Positions 25,609 through 34,383 of a DNA stretch of 41,549 bases are shown piece by piece (within the stretch, counting starts at the first letter, position 1; the number at the start of each line of letters is the position of its first letter). The notes under the pieces were generated by a model that was not told where the DNA came from, did no database searches, and saw only the letters and a program-made list of their open reading frames with translations. This DNA is from a virus. Its lineage: Duplodnaviria; Caudoviricetes. A program made the position numbers and the translations under genes. The stretch is from positions 1 through 41,549 of IMG/VR virus record IMGVR_UViG_3300037463_000028, one strand, 5' to 3'.

Positions 25609-28600
25609 CAGCCTCCGGAGAAGGCCGCCGCGGGGGTGCGCAGGCCGATCTCGATGCCGCGGGCGGACTGTCGGCTCACTTCCTCCGCGGAGGCGCCGAC
25701 AGGACCGTAGAAGTTGTTGTTGACGTTGACGGACCGCCCGCTGATGGTGCCGCCCACCGGCCCGCCGGTACCAGGAGCCGCACCCCCGCTGCCGAACGCG
25801 CCGTTCAGTCCCGACAGGTCCGAGGTGCGCCCGAAGATGCCTGCGCCGTCAAGCGCGGACACGGCGCCCATACCAGCAATGAGCATCTGACCGGTATTAC
25901 CGGAAGATGCAGCGCCAAAAAGCGACCCCAGCGTAGTCGCCCCAGTGAACCACCCGATACCTGGGATCAGCGAACCGGCGATGCCGCCCAGGATGGTGCC
26001 CCAGAGCGCGCCCTTCTGCTGCCGCCGTCCCATCGCGCCCGTGAGAGCCAAAAGCGAATAGATCTGGCTCATCATCGCCCCGACGCTCATCTGCACCGCG
26101 CCCAGGGTCAGCTTCACACCTTGCAGGCCGGAACTGATGGCCGCGCTCATCTGCTGCGCGATGGGATCGATGACGGCCGCCTTGATGACGTTGCGCATCT
26201 GGTTGGCGGCAAGGTCGGCGAGCATCCCGCGCAGCATCCCGCCGAAGTTGCGGGTGAAGTTGCGCGCGGAGTCGCCGATGCGACCGCTGAACGCCTCGTC
26301 GAAGGCGGTGCGGAAGACGCCCTGCACGGAGTCGGCGACGCGGTTGACCTCGCGCTCATAGCGCTCGATCTCGCGCCGCTGGTCTTTGGAGAACTCCTTC
26401 AGGCGCTTTAGCATCGACTTGGTGGCCGCTTCAGTCGCCTTGTCCTGTGCCTTCAGCACCGCCTCGAACCCGCCGATGCCGCCGGGGATGTTGAAGCCGA
26501 CCGCGCCGAGTATCGTGTCGATGACCGCGTTGCCGAACGCCTTCTTCTCGCGCTCGCCGCCGAGCGCCTCCTTCACGTCCTTGATCTGCTTCTTGAGCGT
26601 GTCCGCTTTAACGGCGGCCTCTTCGAGACGGCGTACCAGTTCCTTCATGTACGGGGTCTGAGAGGCGCCCTTGCTGGCCAGCAGGTCCGCCACGGCAAGC
26701 CGGACCCGCTGCAACTCGGTCAGCTCCTTCTCGCCGGTCAGGAGGGCGTTGTACTCCGCTTCCTGGTGGCGCACCCGCTTTTCGAGGTCCTTGGTCACAT
26801 CACGGAGGGCGTCCGCGGTCTCCTTGCGGGCCTTGCGGATGGCTTCCTCACCGGCCTGGACTGTCAGCACGTGGCGGATCTGTGCCGCTTCGGCCTCGCT
26901 CAGCTTGTCCTTGGGGTCCGCATAGCGCTGCTCGATATCGAACTGCTTGACGGCCCGCAGGGGGTCGTCCGGATCGATCCGGGACAGAGCGAGCTGCTGA
27001 TTGACGCCGCGCAGGGAGGCCGCGTACATCTCCGCGTGCGCCTTGGCCGCGGCTGCCGCTTCCGCGTTCTTCTTCAGGGCGTCGGCCTGCTGTGCCAGGG
27101 AGATGGCCAGGGCCTTGACCTTCGGGTCCGCCTTGGAAAACTCGCCGTGCAGCAGCGCATACCGCATCGCGGCTTCCTGGGACTGGTCGCCCCCGAGCGC
27201 GACGGTCTTGCGCAACCCATCCAGGTGCGCCTGAAGGTTGGCTGTTGCGGCTGCCGCTTCCGCCTTCAGGGCTTCAGCGCGCTGACGGGCCGCAGCCGCC
27301 GCGGCAGCCGCGGCGCGAGCGTTCGCCGTGTTCTTGTTTCCGCGCTCCGCCGCGGCATGGACGCTGGCATACGCTTTGGAAACGTTGCCCAGCTCGGTCT
27401 GAAGGCTTTGAAGCTGCGTGAGCTGGTCCTTGAGACCAGGGATATCCTTGTCGCTGGCATTCAGGGCCGAAGCATAGTCGGACCCGTTGTTGTACTTCAG
27501 GCGGAGGCTTTGAATCGCTTCCTGCCGCTCGGTGATCTTCTGGCGCAGGTCGCGGATCTGCGCCTCCATATCCCGGAAGGCAGGCGACTCGGCAGCCTTG
27601 ATTCCGCCCTGGCTGTTCTGGGTCCACAGGTCGGCGATCTTGAGACCGGCGAGTACGGCAATCGCGGCCGCCAAGCCGTAAGGCCCGACGGCCGCCAGGC
27701 GCGCGGCGCCGAGCGCGCTGGCAAGCTCGCGCACCTGGTTCGCCATCAGCGCGATCGGGCCGGCAGCCGCAGCGCCCGCGCCCAGAACGACAAACAATTC
27801 CTGCGTCTGACCGGGAAGGTCGGAGAACGCACGGGAAGCGTTCTGTGCCTCGCCGGCCAGGCGGTTCAGCAGGCGCGCGGCGACAGGACCGGCCGCGTCG
27901 CCGATGCGCGTCAGGCTCTCGTTGATGGAGTCGGCCGCGTTCTCGAACTCGTTGGACAGTCCGCCGGTGGCCTTCTTGGCCTTCTCCAGTTGGGAGACGA
28001 TCCGGGTGATGGCCTGCTCCGAAGAGATGCCCATCTTCTGGATCGCTTCGGTGTCCGCCGTGCCGAAGGCGGCTTGCAGCGCGGCCCGGATCTGCGGCAC
28101 GCGCTCGGCGAGCTGGTTGATCTCTTCGGCGGAAACCTTGCCCTTGCTCTGGATCTGCGACAGGGCGAGGATCACCCCGTCCAGGTCGGCTTTGCCTTTG
28201 CCGACCGTGGCGAGCGCGTTGCCGAACGCCATCAGCGAGCGCTTTGCCAGGTCCGCCGACAGGCCCGCCGCCTGAAGGTTGATGGAGCCGCGCAGCGCTT
28301 CTTCCAGCCCCAGGCCGGGCAGCTTCGCCACTTCCTTCAGCTCCGCGAACTGCCGCTCGGCTTCTTCCGCCGAGCCGGTGACGGCCACCAGGCCGCGCTT
28401 CAGCCCGTCCATCCGGACGGCTGCATCTACCGACGCTTTGCCCAGGGCGACCAGCGGGACGGTCACCATCGCGGAGAGCGCGGTTCCCATCTTGGTCAGG
28501 CGCTCGGTCAGCCCTTCGGCCGCCTTGCCCGCCTTGTCGGTGCCCTGCTTGATCTTCTCGCCGGCTTCCTCGCCCTTCGCGCCGGTCTCGTCCAACTGCT

Positions 28601-28682
28601 TCCCGGCCCGGTTCATGGCCGTGCTGAAGTTGGATAGGTCCGCCTCTACCACCGCCCGGATCTTCGCTACTTCGACGGACAC
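25605..28682 (-). CDS. Tape measure protein
   Basis: 1025 aa, Ala-rich helical; ALSQIQSKGKVSAEEINQLAER. Confidence 0.93.
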   Translation of the reverse strand: MSVEVAKIRAVVEADLSNFSTAMNRAGKQLDETGAKGEEAGEKIKQGTDKAGKAAEGLTERLTKMGTALSAMVTVPLVALGKASVDAAVRMDGLKRGLVAVTGSAEEAERQFAELKEVAKLPGLGLEEALRGSINLQAAGLSADLAKRSLMAFGNALATVGKGKADLDGVILALSQIQSKGKVSAEEINQLAERVPQIRAALQAAFGTADTEAIQKMGISSEQAITRIVSQLEKAKKATGGLSNEFENAADSINESLTRIGDAAGPVAARLLNRLAGEAQNASRAFSDLPGQTQELFVVLGAGAAAAGPIALMANQVRELASALGAARLAAVGPYGLAAAIAVLAGLKIADLWTQNSQGGIKAAESPAFRDMEAQIRDLRQKITERQEAIQSLRLKYNNGSDYASALNASDKDIPGLKDQLTQLQSLQTELGNVSKAYASVHAAAERGNKNTANARAAAAAAAAARQRAEALKAEAAAATANLQAHLDGLRKTVALGGDQSQEAAMRYALLHGEFSKADPKVKALAISLAQQADALKKNAEAAAAAKAHAEMYAASLRGVNQQLALSRIDPDDPLRAVKQFDIEQRYADPKDKLSEAEAAQIRHVLTVQAGEEAIRKARKETADALRDVTKDLEKRVRHQEAEYNALLTGEKELTELQRVRLAVADLLASKGASQTPYMKELVRRLEEAAVKADTLKKQIKDVKEALGGEREKKAFGNAVIDTILGAVGFNIPGGIGGFEAVLKAQDKATEAATKSMLKRLKEFSKDQRREIERYEREVNRVADSVQGVFRTAFDEAFSGRIGDSARNFTRNFGGMLRGMLADLAANQMRNVIKAAVIDPIAQQMSAAISSGLQGVKLTLGAVQMSVGAMMSQIYSLLALTGAMGRRQQKGALWGTILGGIAGSLIPGIGWFTGATTLGSLFGAASSGNTGQMLIAGMGAVSALDGAGIFGRTSDLSGLNGAFGSGGAAPGTGGPVGGTISGRSVNVNNNFYGPVGASAEEVSRQSARGIEIGLRTPAAAFSGGW

Positions 28683-28920
28683 TACCCCTCACCCCCTCGC
28701 GCACGCAGCTGCGCCCGCTTCATCAACGTGGGCCGAACCTCGGCCTCGACGTCCTTGGCGACCAGCGCCCGGTTTCGCCACAGCAGCGGCTCGTCTTCAA
28801 CGCCCCACGGCGGGACGCCCAGTTCCTTGGCCGCGATCAGGTCGGCGTACCAGGAAGGCGCCGCCGCACCCCGGCCTTCGCTCAGGAGCGCTTGCCGGAG
28901 TTGGGCGCGCTCGGAGGGGA
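28682..28920 (-). CDS. Tail assembly chaperone, -1 frame extension (gpT-like)
   Basis: Overlapping -1 ORF (WYADLIAAKELGVPPW) between the chaperone and tape measure genes. Confidence 0.65.
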
Positions 28921-29352
28921 CACGTTCTGATCCTCCTGGATCTTGGCCAGCACGAAGGACATCAGGTTGAGGTCCACGTCGGCCGCTTCCAGGCCCTCGC
29001 GGGTCAGCTCTACCGGCTCGCCGTCGTTGGTGGCGTCCCACTCGGCCACGGCATCCAGGAAGCGATCCGTGGTGGTCTCGGCCAGGCCGCCGATGGCGCT
29101 GATCTGCGCGTCCAGCTCGGCCAGCGCCGCGGCCAGTTCCGGGTCTTCGGTCTGGGTCTCCGGTGCAGCGTCCGCTGCCTTGGAGCGCGCCTCGGTCAGC
29201 GCGGCCTTTGCCTTCGCGCCGGTCTCGGCCAGCTCCCGCACCTTGCCCGGCGTGAACCGGGCCGGGCGGTACTTGATCGTCAGCGTGTCGCCGTCGATGT
29301 CGATGGCGAGGGTGCGCAGCATCTCCCGCCGCTTCTTGAAGTCGAGTGCCAT
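28882..29352 (-). CDS. Tail assembly chaperone (gpG-like)
   Basis: Position; ATG 29352 with AAGGA RBS. Confidence 0.75.
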   Translation of the reverse strand: MALDFKKRREMLRTLAIDIDGDTLTIKYRPARFTPGKVRELAETGAKAKAALTEARSKAADAAPETQTEDPELAAALAELDAQISAIGGLAETTTDRFLDAVAEWDATNDGEPVELTREGLEAADVDLNLMSFVLAKIQEDQNVSPPSAPNSGKRS

Positions 29353-29381
29353 GATGTTTCCTTGCGAGCGCGGCTGGCGCG

Positions 29382-30617
29382 CTAGTCGCCAGCCGCCGTC
29401 AGTTCTGTCGCGCCGGACCACAGCCGCACGTCCGCCAGGCGGACGGTCGGGGTCGCAGGGGCCGCGTGGCCGTTGATGTTGTCGCCGAAGACGGCCGCCA
29501 CCCAGCGGAACTCGATGACCTGCGCGATCCCGTTGCCGCCGGGGCCGATGGTCTCTTTGCCGTTGGTGCCCCAGAAGTTCCACTGCTCCGGGATCGTCGC
29601 CGTACCGGTCACCGTGTCGGCCCGCCCGGTCGGGTCGCTCTCGCCTTCGAGGAGGTAGTTGTAGCCGACCGACGCGGTGTAGTTCCGCCAGGCCATGATC
29701 TGCCAGTGCGTGATGTCTACCGGCTCGTCGAAGCGCAGGCGGCACTCGATGGCCGCCTCGTGCCCCGCCGCCGCGAGACAGGTGGCCGTCTCGAACGTGT
29801 CCGGCGTCGGCGTCGCGTAGATGCCCGCCGCGGGGGCGTCCCCGTCGTCGAGGTTGGAGGTGGGGGTCCAGGCAGTATAGGTGAAGGGATCGAGGCTGGA
29901 CGCCCGGCTGCGCAGGCGCCATTCCAGCGCCCCGCCCCCGCCGCCCGGCCCGCCGCCGCACTCGCTGCGTTCGAGCACTTCGAAGGGCGCGTACACGCCC
30001 TCCTCCGGCCCGAGCAGGCCCGCCGCCTCGAAGCAGCGCAGGTAGTACCCGGCGCCCACCACGGCGCCGGCGCGCACGCCCTGCCAGGGGCAGTGCAGCA
30101 GGCCGCGGCCTTCGTCGAAGCGGGCGCGGAAGGCCCAGCCGTGGCCGCCCTTTTCCGCGCCGCCGCTGACCGCGTTGTCCGATATCCGGATACCGGACCC
30201 GGACGCGTCGCCGGGCCTGCGGATGTCCCACGGCTCGAACCCGCCGCCGGCGGGCTGCGCGCGGTCGCCGTCGCCGCTGTCTTCCAGGAAGGTGGTCTCG
30301 CCGTGCTCGATCTGGCCGGCGGTGCTGCTGACCTTGAGGATGAAGGAAACGCTCGCCGCGCCGCCGTCGCGGGTGGCGTCGGTGCGCAGCGAGTAGGTCC
30401 CGGCCGCAGCGCTGGGCGGCGCGATCACGCGCCAGTAATCCGCGTCCGGGTCGTACTCGACCTGCCAGTCCTCGTAGATCCCATCCGGGTCCGGGAACAC
30501 TGGAAGGTCGCCGTAGCTGGTCAGGAACTCGGCGACCTGTACCCCGCCGGGGCCGACGATCTCCAGCGTGTCGGGTTCAGACGGGGCGAGGGAGCCGGTG
30601 CTTTCCGCCCCGATCAC
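29382..30617 (-). CDS. Ig-like/beta-rich domain ORF, in frame with the tail tube gene
   Basis: APPSAAAGTYSLRTDAT...SVSFILKV; weak RBS of its own. Confidence 0.75.
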   Translation of the reverse strand: MIGAESTGSLAPSEPDTLEIVGPGGVQVAEFLTSYGDLPVFPDPDGIYEDWQVEYDPDADYWRVIAPPSAAAGTYSLRTDATRDGGAASVSFILKVSSTAGQIEHGETTFLEDSGDGDRAQPAGGGFEPWDIRRPGDASGSGIRISDNAVSGGAEKGGHGWAFRARFDEGRGLLHCPWQGVRAGAVVGAGYYLRCFEAAGLLGPEEGVYAPFEVLERSECGGGPGGGGGALEWRLRSRASSLDPFTYTAWTPTSNLDDGDAPAAGIYATPTPDTFETATCLAAAGHEAAIECRLRFDEPVDITHWQIMAWRNYTASVGYNYLLEGESDPTGRADTVTGTATIPEQWNFWGTNGKETIGPGGNGIAQVIEFRWVAAVFGDNINGHAAPATPTVRLADVRLWSGATELTAAGD

Positions 30618-30644
30618 CTGCCCCGGCTTCCCGCAGGGCAGTCA
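30618..30644 (-). promoter_or_regulatory. UGA plus hairpin, candidate recoding signal
   Basis: TGA CTGCCCTGC GGGAA GCCGGGGCAG. Confidence 0.55.
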
Positions 30645-31703
30645 GCCCGCCGCGGCGATCAGCGCTTCCGGCTCCTGCCCGCTGGCCACGTCCGTACCGG
30701 CGGCCCACGTGGATGCCGGCAGCGCGGAGCGGATGCGGATCTTCAGGAACCCGCCGAGGGTGGCGTCGTCCACGGCCTCCAGGTCGTACATGCCGCCGTA
30801 CACGTCATCCTTGTCGCCCCGGTCGGGGTTGGTGACGTTGAAGGGCATCGTGACCTCGAACTCGTAGGTGCCGTTGGTGCCGTCGCCGATGTTCGGCCCG
30901 GCCGCGTGGAACTGGTAGTAGCGGCGCGCGGCGTTGCGCAGCTGGCGCATCATCGCATCCGAATCGCTGTCCTGCTCTACCTCGATGTGGACGGTGCATT
31001 TGTTGGGCGTCTCGACGAGCGCCGTGAAGCTCTTATCGTCCCGGCGCTTGGGGAAGAGCGGCTTGCGTCGCCCGCCCAGGACGATGTTGCCGTCGAAGAG
31101 GCGGCCCAGAAGCCCGCCGGAAAGCCCGCCGATCGTGGTGGCGACGTAGTGGTTATCCTCGTCGGCGGAGATCGGGATGCAGGCGATCTTGGTGGGCGAG
31201 TCGTTGGTGACGACGCCCTCCTCGGCCAGGCGCCGCCCGATCATCGTGCCGCTGATGTCCATCGCGGTCGCCGAGAAGGAGAACGTCAGGTCCGTCACGG
31301 AGCCATAGGCGAAGCGGGACGCGCCTACCGCGTCATCGCCGTTCTCGACCGTCAGGAACTTGACGTCATCGGGCTGGTCCGCCTTCAGCAGCCACACGTA
31401 ATCGTGCGCCTGGTTCGCGCCCGCGCCACCGACCGGCGTGACCGTCGGCACGCCCGCCGACGAATACAGCAGCGGGATCAGGTCGTTATAGGCCATGTAG
31501 CCGGTGATGGTGCCGATGGTGTGCGCGCCCTTCTGGCGCCGCGTGAAGGTGGCGATCTTGCTGCCGCGCGCCTTCAGCATCTCGCTGGGCTGGACCGGCT
31601 TTGGCAGGATGCCGAAGGACGCCAGTTGCAGGTTGGCGATGACGGCCGCCGCCGTGCTCTGGATGCCGATCTTGGCCTTCTCGTAAACTGATGCTCTTTC
31701 CAT
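30642..31703 (-). CDS. Major tail (tube) protein
   Basis: Position between tail terminator and chaperones; 353 aa, beta-rich. Confidence 0.8.
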   Translation of the reverse strand: MERASVYEKAKIGIQSTAAAVIANLQLASFGILPKPVQPSEMLKARGSKIATFTRRQKGAHTIGTITGYMAYNDLIPLLYSSAGVPTVTPVGGAGANQAHDYVWLLKADQPDDVKFLTVENGDDAVGASRFAYGSVTDLTFSFSATAMDISGTMIGRRLAEEGVVTNDSPTKIACIPISADEDNHYVATTIGGLSGGLLGRLFDGNIVLGGRRKPLFPKRRDDKSFTALVETPNKCTVHIEVEQDSDSDAMMRQLRNAARRYYQFHAAGPNIGDGTNGTYEFEVTMPFNVTNPDRGDKDDVYGGMYDLEAVDDATLGGFLKIRIRSALPASTWAAGTDVASGQEPEALIAAAG

Positions 31704-31727
31704 AGTGCTTGTGCTTTCCTGCCAGCC

Positions 31728-32186
31728 CTACGGGGCGGCGTAAACGAAGAGGCGGTACTCCCCGCCGAGACGACGATAGATGACGCCGCCCTCGGCGGCT
31801 TCGGGCGGGGGCGCGAACGGGCGCTCGCGGTGGCTGCCGGCGACCTGAAGGCCGCCCTGGACGCCTCGGGCCTGGTTATCCTGGTCGCCGAACAGGGCGT
31901 CGATACGGTTGGCCAGCGGGCCGAGGGACACGAGGGATTCGGTCTGCCCGACGGCGTAGATCCGGACCAGCGGGCGCGTGGCCACGCGCAGCGCGCCGTT
32001 GCCGTTGATGTCCGGAGACACCAGCACGGAGAAGACCACGAAGGGATACTCGGCGCCCTCCGGAGCGGCGCCCTCGTACACGCCCGGCCCGTCCCCCTCG
32101 GGGTCGGGCTGGACCAGGGCGGCGAGCGCCGCGTCATTCTTCAGGCGCAGGTACAGGAAGGTGATGAGGTCCGCGACTTCGTTCAT
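31728..32186 (-). CDS. Tail terminator (DUF3168-like)
   Basis: L..DAALAALV...VYEGAAPEGAEYPFVVF. Confidence 0.8.
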   Translation of the reverse strand: MNEVADLITFLYLRLKNDAALAALVQPDPEGDGPGVYEGAAPEGAEYPFVVFSVLVSPDINGNGALRVATRPLVRIYAVGQTESLVSLGPLANRIDALFGDQDNQARGVQGGLQVAGSHRERPFAPPPEAAEGGVIYRRLGGEYRLFVYAAP

Positions 32187-32719
32187 GTGCCTGCGGCTCC
32201 TTCCTTGACGGCCCGGCGCAGCGCGCTTCCGACGGCCTGCTCGAACGGCTGCGTCTGGGCCTCGGCAGCGGGGCCGAGGAACGGGCGTGGGGCGGTCTTA
32301 CCGTCCGCGCTGCCCAGCTCTTGGGAGGCCGCGTATTCCTGGCTCGCATCCACGTGGGCCACCTTGCCGCGGCTGGCCGTCGGCGAGCTGGTGGCGATGT
32401 TCGCGGCCAGGCCGCCGTACAGGTTCGCGGGCGCCTCGCCGGGCGCGGAGGCGCGGTGGATGCGGCTGCCGATGATGAAGCGACCGTCCCCGTCGCGGTC
32501 CAGCCCGAGCGGGCCGAAGCGCTTGGTGTTGCGGCTGCCGCCGACGCGGGTGACGTTGCCAATCCGGTACCAGCGGCCGGTCTTCGGCCCGGTCTGGATC
32601 GCCGCCTTCGCGCCGGCCTCGATGTTGAAGGCGGCGGTGATGACGACTTCCGCCACCTCGCGCTCGGCCGCGCGCCCGACGGCCGCGAAGCCGTTCTTGA
32701 TGGTGACGCGCGTGGCCAC
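32183..32719 (-). CDS. HK97 gp10-like tail completion protein
   Basis: HRASAPGEAPA...YA...E.G...PRPFL.PA. Confidence 0.85.
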   Translation of the reverse strand: MATRVTIKNGFAAVGRAAEREVAEVVITAAFNIEAGAKAAIQTGPKTGRWYRIGNVTRVGGSRNTKRFGPLGLDRDGDGRFIIGSRIHRASAPGEAPANLYGGLAANIATSSPTASRGKVAHVDASQEYAASQELGSADGKTAPRPFLGPAAEAQTQPFEQAVGSALRRAVKEGAAGT

Positions 32720-32723
32720 GGGG

Positions 32724-32906
32724 CTACTTGGCGGCCTTCTCGAAAGCCGAAATGCTCTTGGCGGTCAGGCCCAGGCGCTTCACCTCATCGGCCGGGATCT
32801 CTTCACCCTTGCGGGCCAGCAGCGACACGCGGCGCGGGTCTTCCTGGCCGCAGACGGCATCCTCCGGGGTCAGGTACAGGGCGCGGGGGGCTATCAATTT
32901 CTTCAT
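32724..32906 (-). CDS. Small virion-region hypothetical protein
   Basis: 60 aa in the head-tail block. Confidence 0.6.
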   Translation of the reverse strand: MKKLIAPRALYLTPEDAVCGQEDPRRVSLLARKGEEIPADEVKRLGLTAKSISAFEKAAK

Positions 32907-32921
32907 CAGTGCGGGGCTTTC

Positions 32922-33323
32922 TCAGGAGGTGGGGGCTTGTCGACCGGGGCGGCGGCGGCGCAGCTGCACCGTCAGCACGAGGGCGTCATCGGTACGATCG
33001 CTGTCGTCGCCGATGATCTCGAACTCTTGGGTCTGGCCGCGGCGGCGCAGCCGGTCAGTCGTCTTGATCTCGGTGCCCCAGGGCAGCAGCGCTTCGAAGG
33101 CATCGACGGCGGCCTGCATATCGCCCGACGAGACCAGGCGCCCCGCCTGGCGGGACTGCTGGATGCGGCCGGGATAGTCCACTACGGGGGTCGGGGTAAG
33201 GACGCCGCGCCCGCCGGCGCCGTCGGAGGGGCGGATATCGCGTACCACCTCGATCCGGTCGGTCAGGTTTTCGCGCTGAAAAATTAACCGGTACTGGGCC
33301 AGGGCGGAAGCGGGCAGCGGCAT
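32922..33323 (-). CDS. Head closure protein
   Basis: DGAGG...LLPWGTEIKTTDRL. Confidence 0.75.
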   Translation of the reverse strand: MPLPASALAQYRLIFQRENLTDRIEVVRDIRPSDGAGGRGVLTPTPVVDYPGRIQQSRQAGRLVSSGDMQAAVDAFEALLPWGTEIKTTDRLRRRGQTQEFEIIGDDSDRTDDALVLTVQLRRRRPGRQAPTS

Positions 33324-33799
33324 CAGACGTACTCCGGAGCGTACACGGCGATCTGCGCCTTGCAGTGCGCGTGAATGGCCTCGCGGCTGAACTCCTGCCC
33401 GCCGGCCTTGAAATCGGTCTCGTTGACGGTGCGCGCGGTCTTGCGCTTCCAGGCTTCATGCGCCGCGCCGCGCAGGTCCCACTGGCAGCCGTCATAGGCG
33501 CCCAGCAGCCGCACCGACAGGGAGCCGGTGACGGCCGTGCAGCCGGGCGACGTGGGCCACAGCGGGGCGGAGGTGCCGCTGATCCCGCCTTCCACAACGA
33601 CGTAGCAGGCGCCGGCCTGCGTCGGGTCGGCGCCGACCGGCAGGAGGCGCTGCCCCGCGTTGTAGACGCCGCTCGGCGCCCACACGCGCGCCCGGACCTT
33701 GCTGTCCAGAAGCCGGGCCAGTTCGTCCGGTTGGATCTCCGGATACTGGTCGGCCTCGGCCAGGCGGCCCAGCTCTTCGAGCGCCTCCTGCCGGGTCAC
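33323..33799 (-). CDS. Head-tail adaptor with CBM-like insert
   Basis: DLRGAAHEAWKRK; internal W...Y..G...GISG..P.WPT. Confidence 0.7.
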   Translation of the reverse strand: MTRQEALEELGRLAEADQYPEIQPDELARLLDSKVRARVWAPSGVYNAGQRLLPVGADPTQAGACYVVVEGGISGTSAPLWPTSPGCTAVTGSLSVRLLGAYDGCQWDLRGAAHEAWKRKTARTVNETDFKAGGQEFSREAIHAHCKAQIAVYAPEYV

Positions 33800-34192
33800 T
33801 TACTCGCCGTCCTTCGGCGCCTTGTCGGCTTTGGCCTTGCCCGCGGGCTTGTCGGCGGGGGCGGCTTCCTCGCCGTCGTACTCGCCGGCGATGTAGACGG
33901 AAACGCCCTCCTGCCACACACCATCGTTGCTCTGGATGTTGCGCAGCAGGACCGGCGAGCCGTCCTCCGCCTCTACCAGCTCCACCATCTGGACCTTCTG
34001 GTCCTCGAACTTGGTGAGGGTGGAATCGACCGGGACCTTCTGCTCGAAGTCGGCGAGCGTGATGCCGCCGACGCGGACGGTCTCGACCTTCTTCAGGCCA
34101 GGGACGGAAAGGAACGGGGTGCCGTCGCCGACGAAGACGCGGACGTTGGCGGCCTTCTCTTCGGTCGTGCGGCCCTGGATCTTGTGGAACAT
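33800..34192 (-). CDS. Hypothetical virion protein
   Basis: Follows the capsid gene. Confidence 0.7.
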   Translation of the reverse strand: MFHKIQGRTTEEKAANVRVFVGDGTPFLSVPGLKKVETVRVGGITLADFEQKVPVDSTLTKFEDQKVQMVELVEAEDGSPVLLRNIQSNDGVWQEGVSVYIAGEYDGEEAAPADKPAGKAKADKAPKDGE

Positions 34193-34224
34193 TTTGCAGG
34201 GGCTTTCTGAATAGTGGGGAAGGT

Positions 34225-34286
34225 CTGTCCGCTATCCGGTTATCGGATATCGGTCATCGGACATCCGGTGTCCGGACAGCGGACAG
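34225..34286. repeat. Heptad-built palindromic element
   Basis: c tgtccgc tatccgg ttatcgg atatcgg tcatcgg acatccgg tgtccgg acagcgg acag. Confidence 0.85.
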
Positions 34287-34287
34287 G

Positions 34288-34315
34288 TCCCCTCTCCCAG
34301 GCCTGGGAGAGGGGA
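34288..34315. repeat. Perfect 28-bp palindrome (REP-like/hairpin)
   Basis: TCCCCTCTCCCAGGCCTGGGAGAGGGGA. Confidence 0.8.
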
Positions 34316-34383
34316 AGGGGATACCAGGCTAGAGGCAGGGGCGAGGTCACACAAGCGTGACTGTGCGCTTAGACCGCGGGGTG

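Noticed and set aside
28882-30231. 449-aa ORF as a single gene
   Set aside because: Only the last 156 codons look coding; the rest overlaps the Ig-like ORF in another frame
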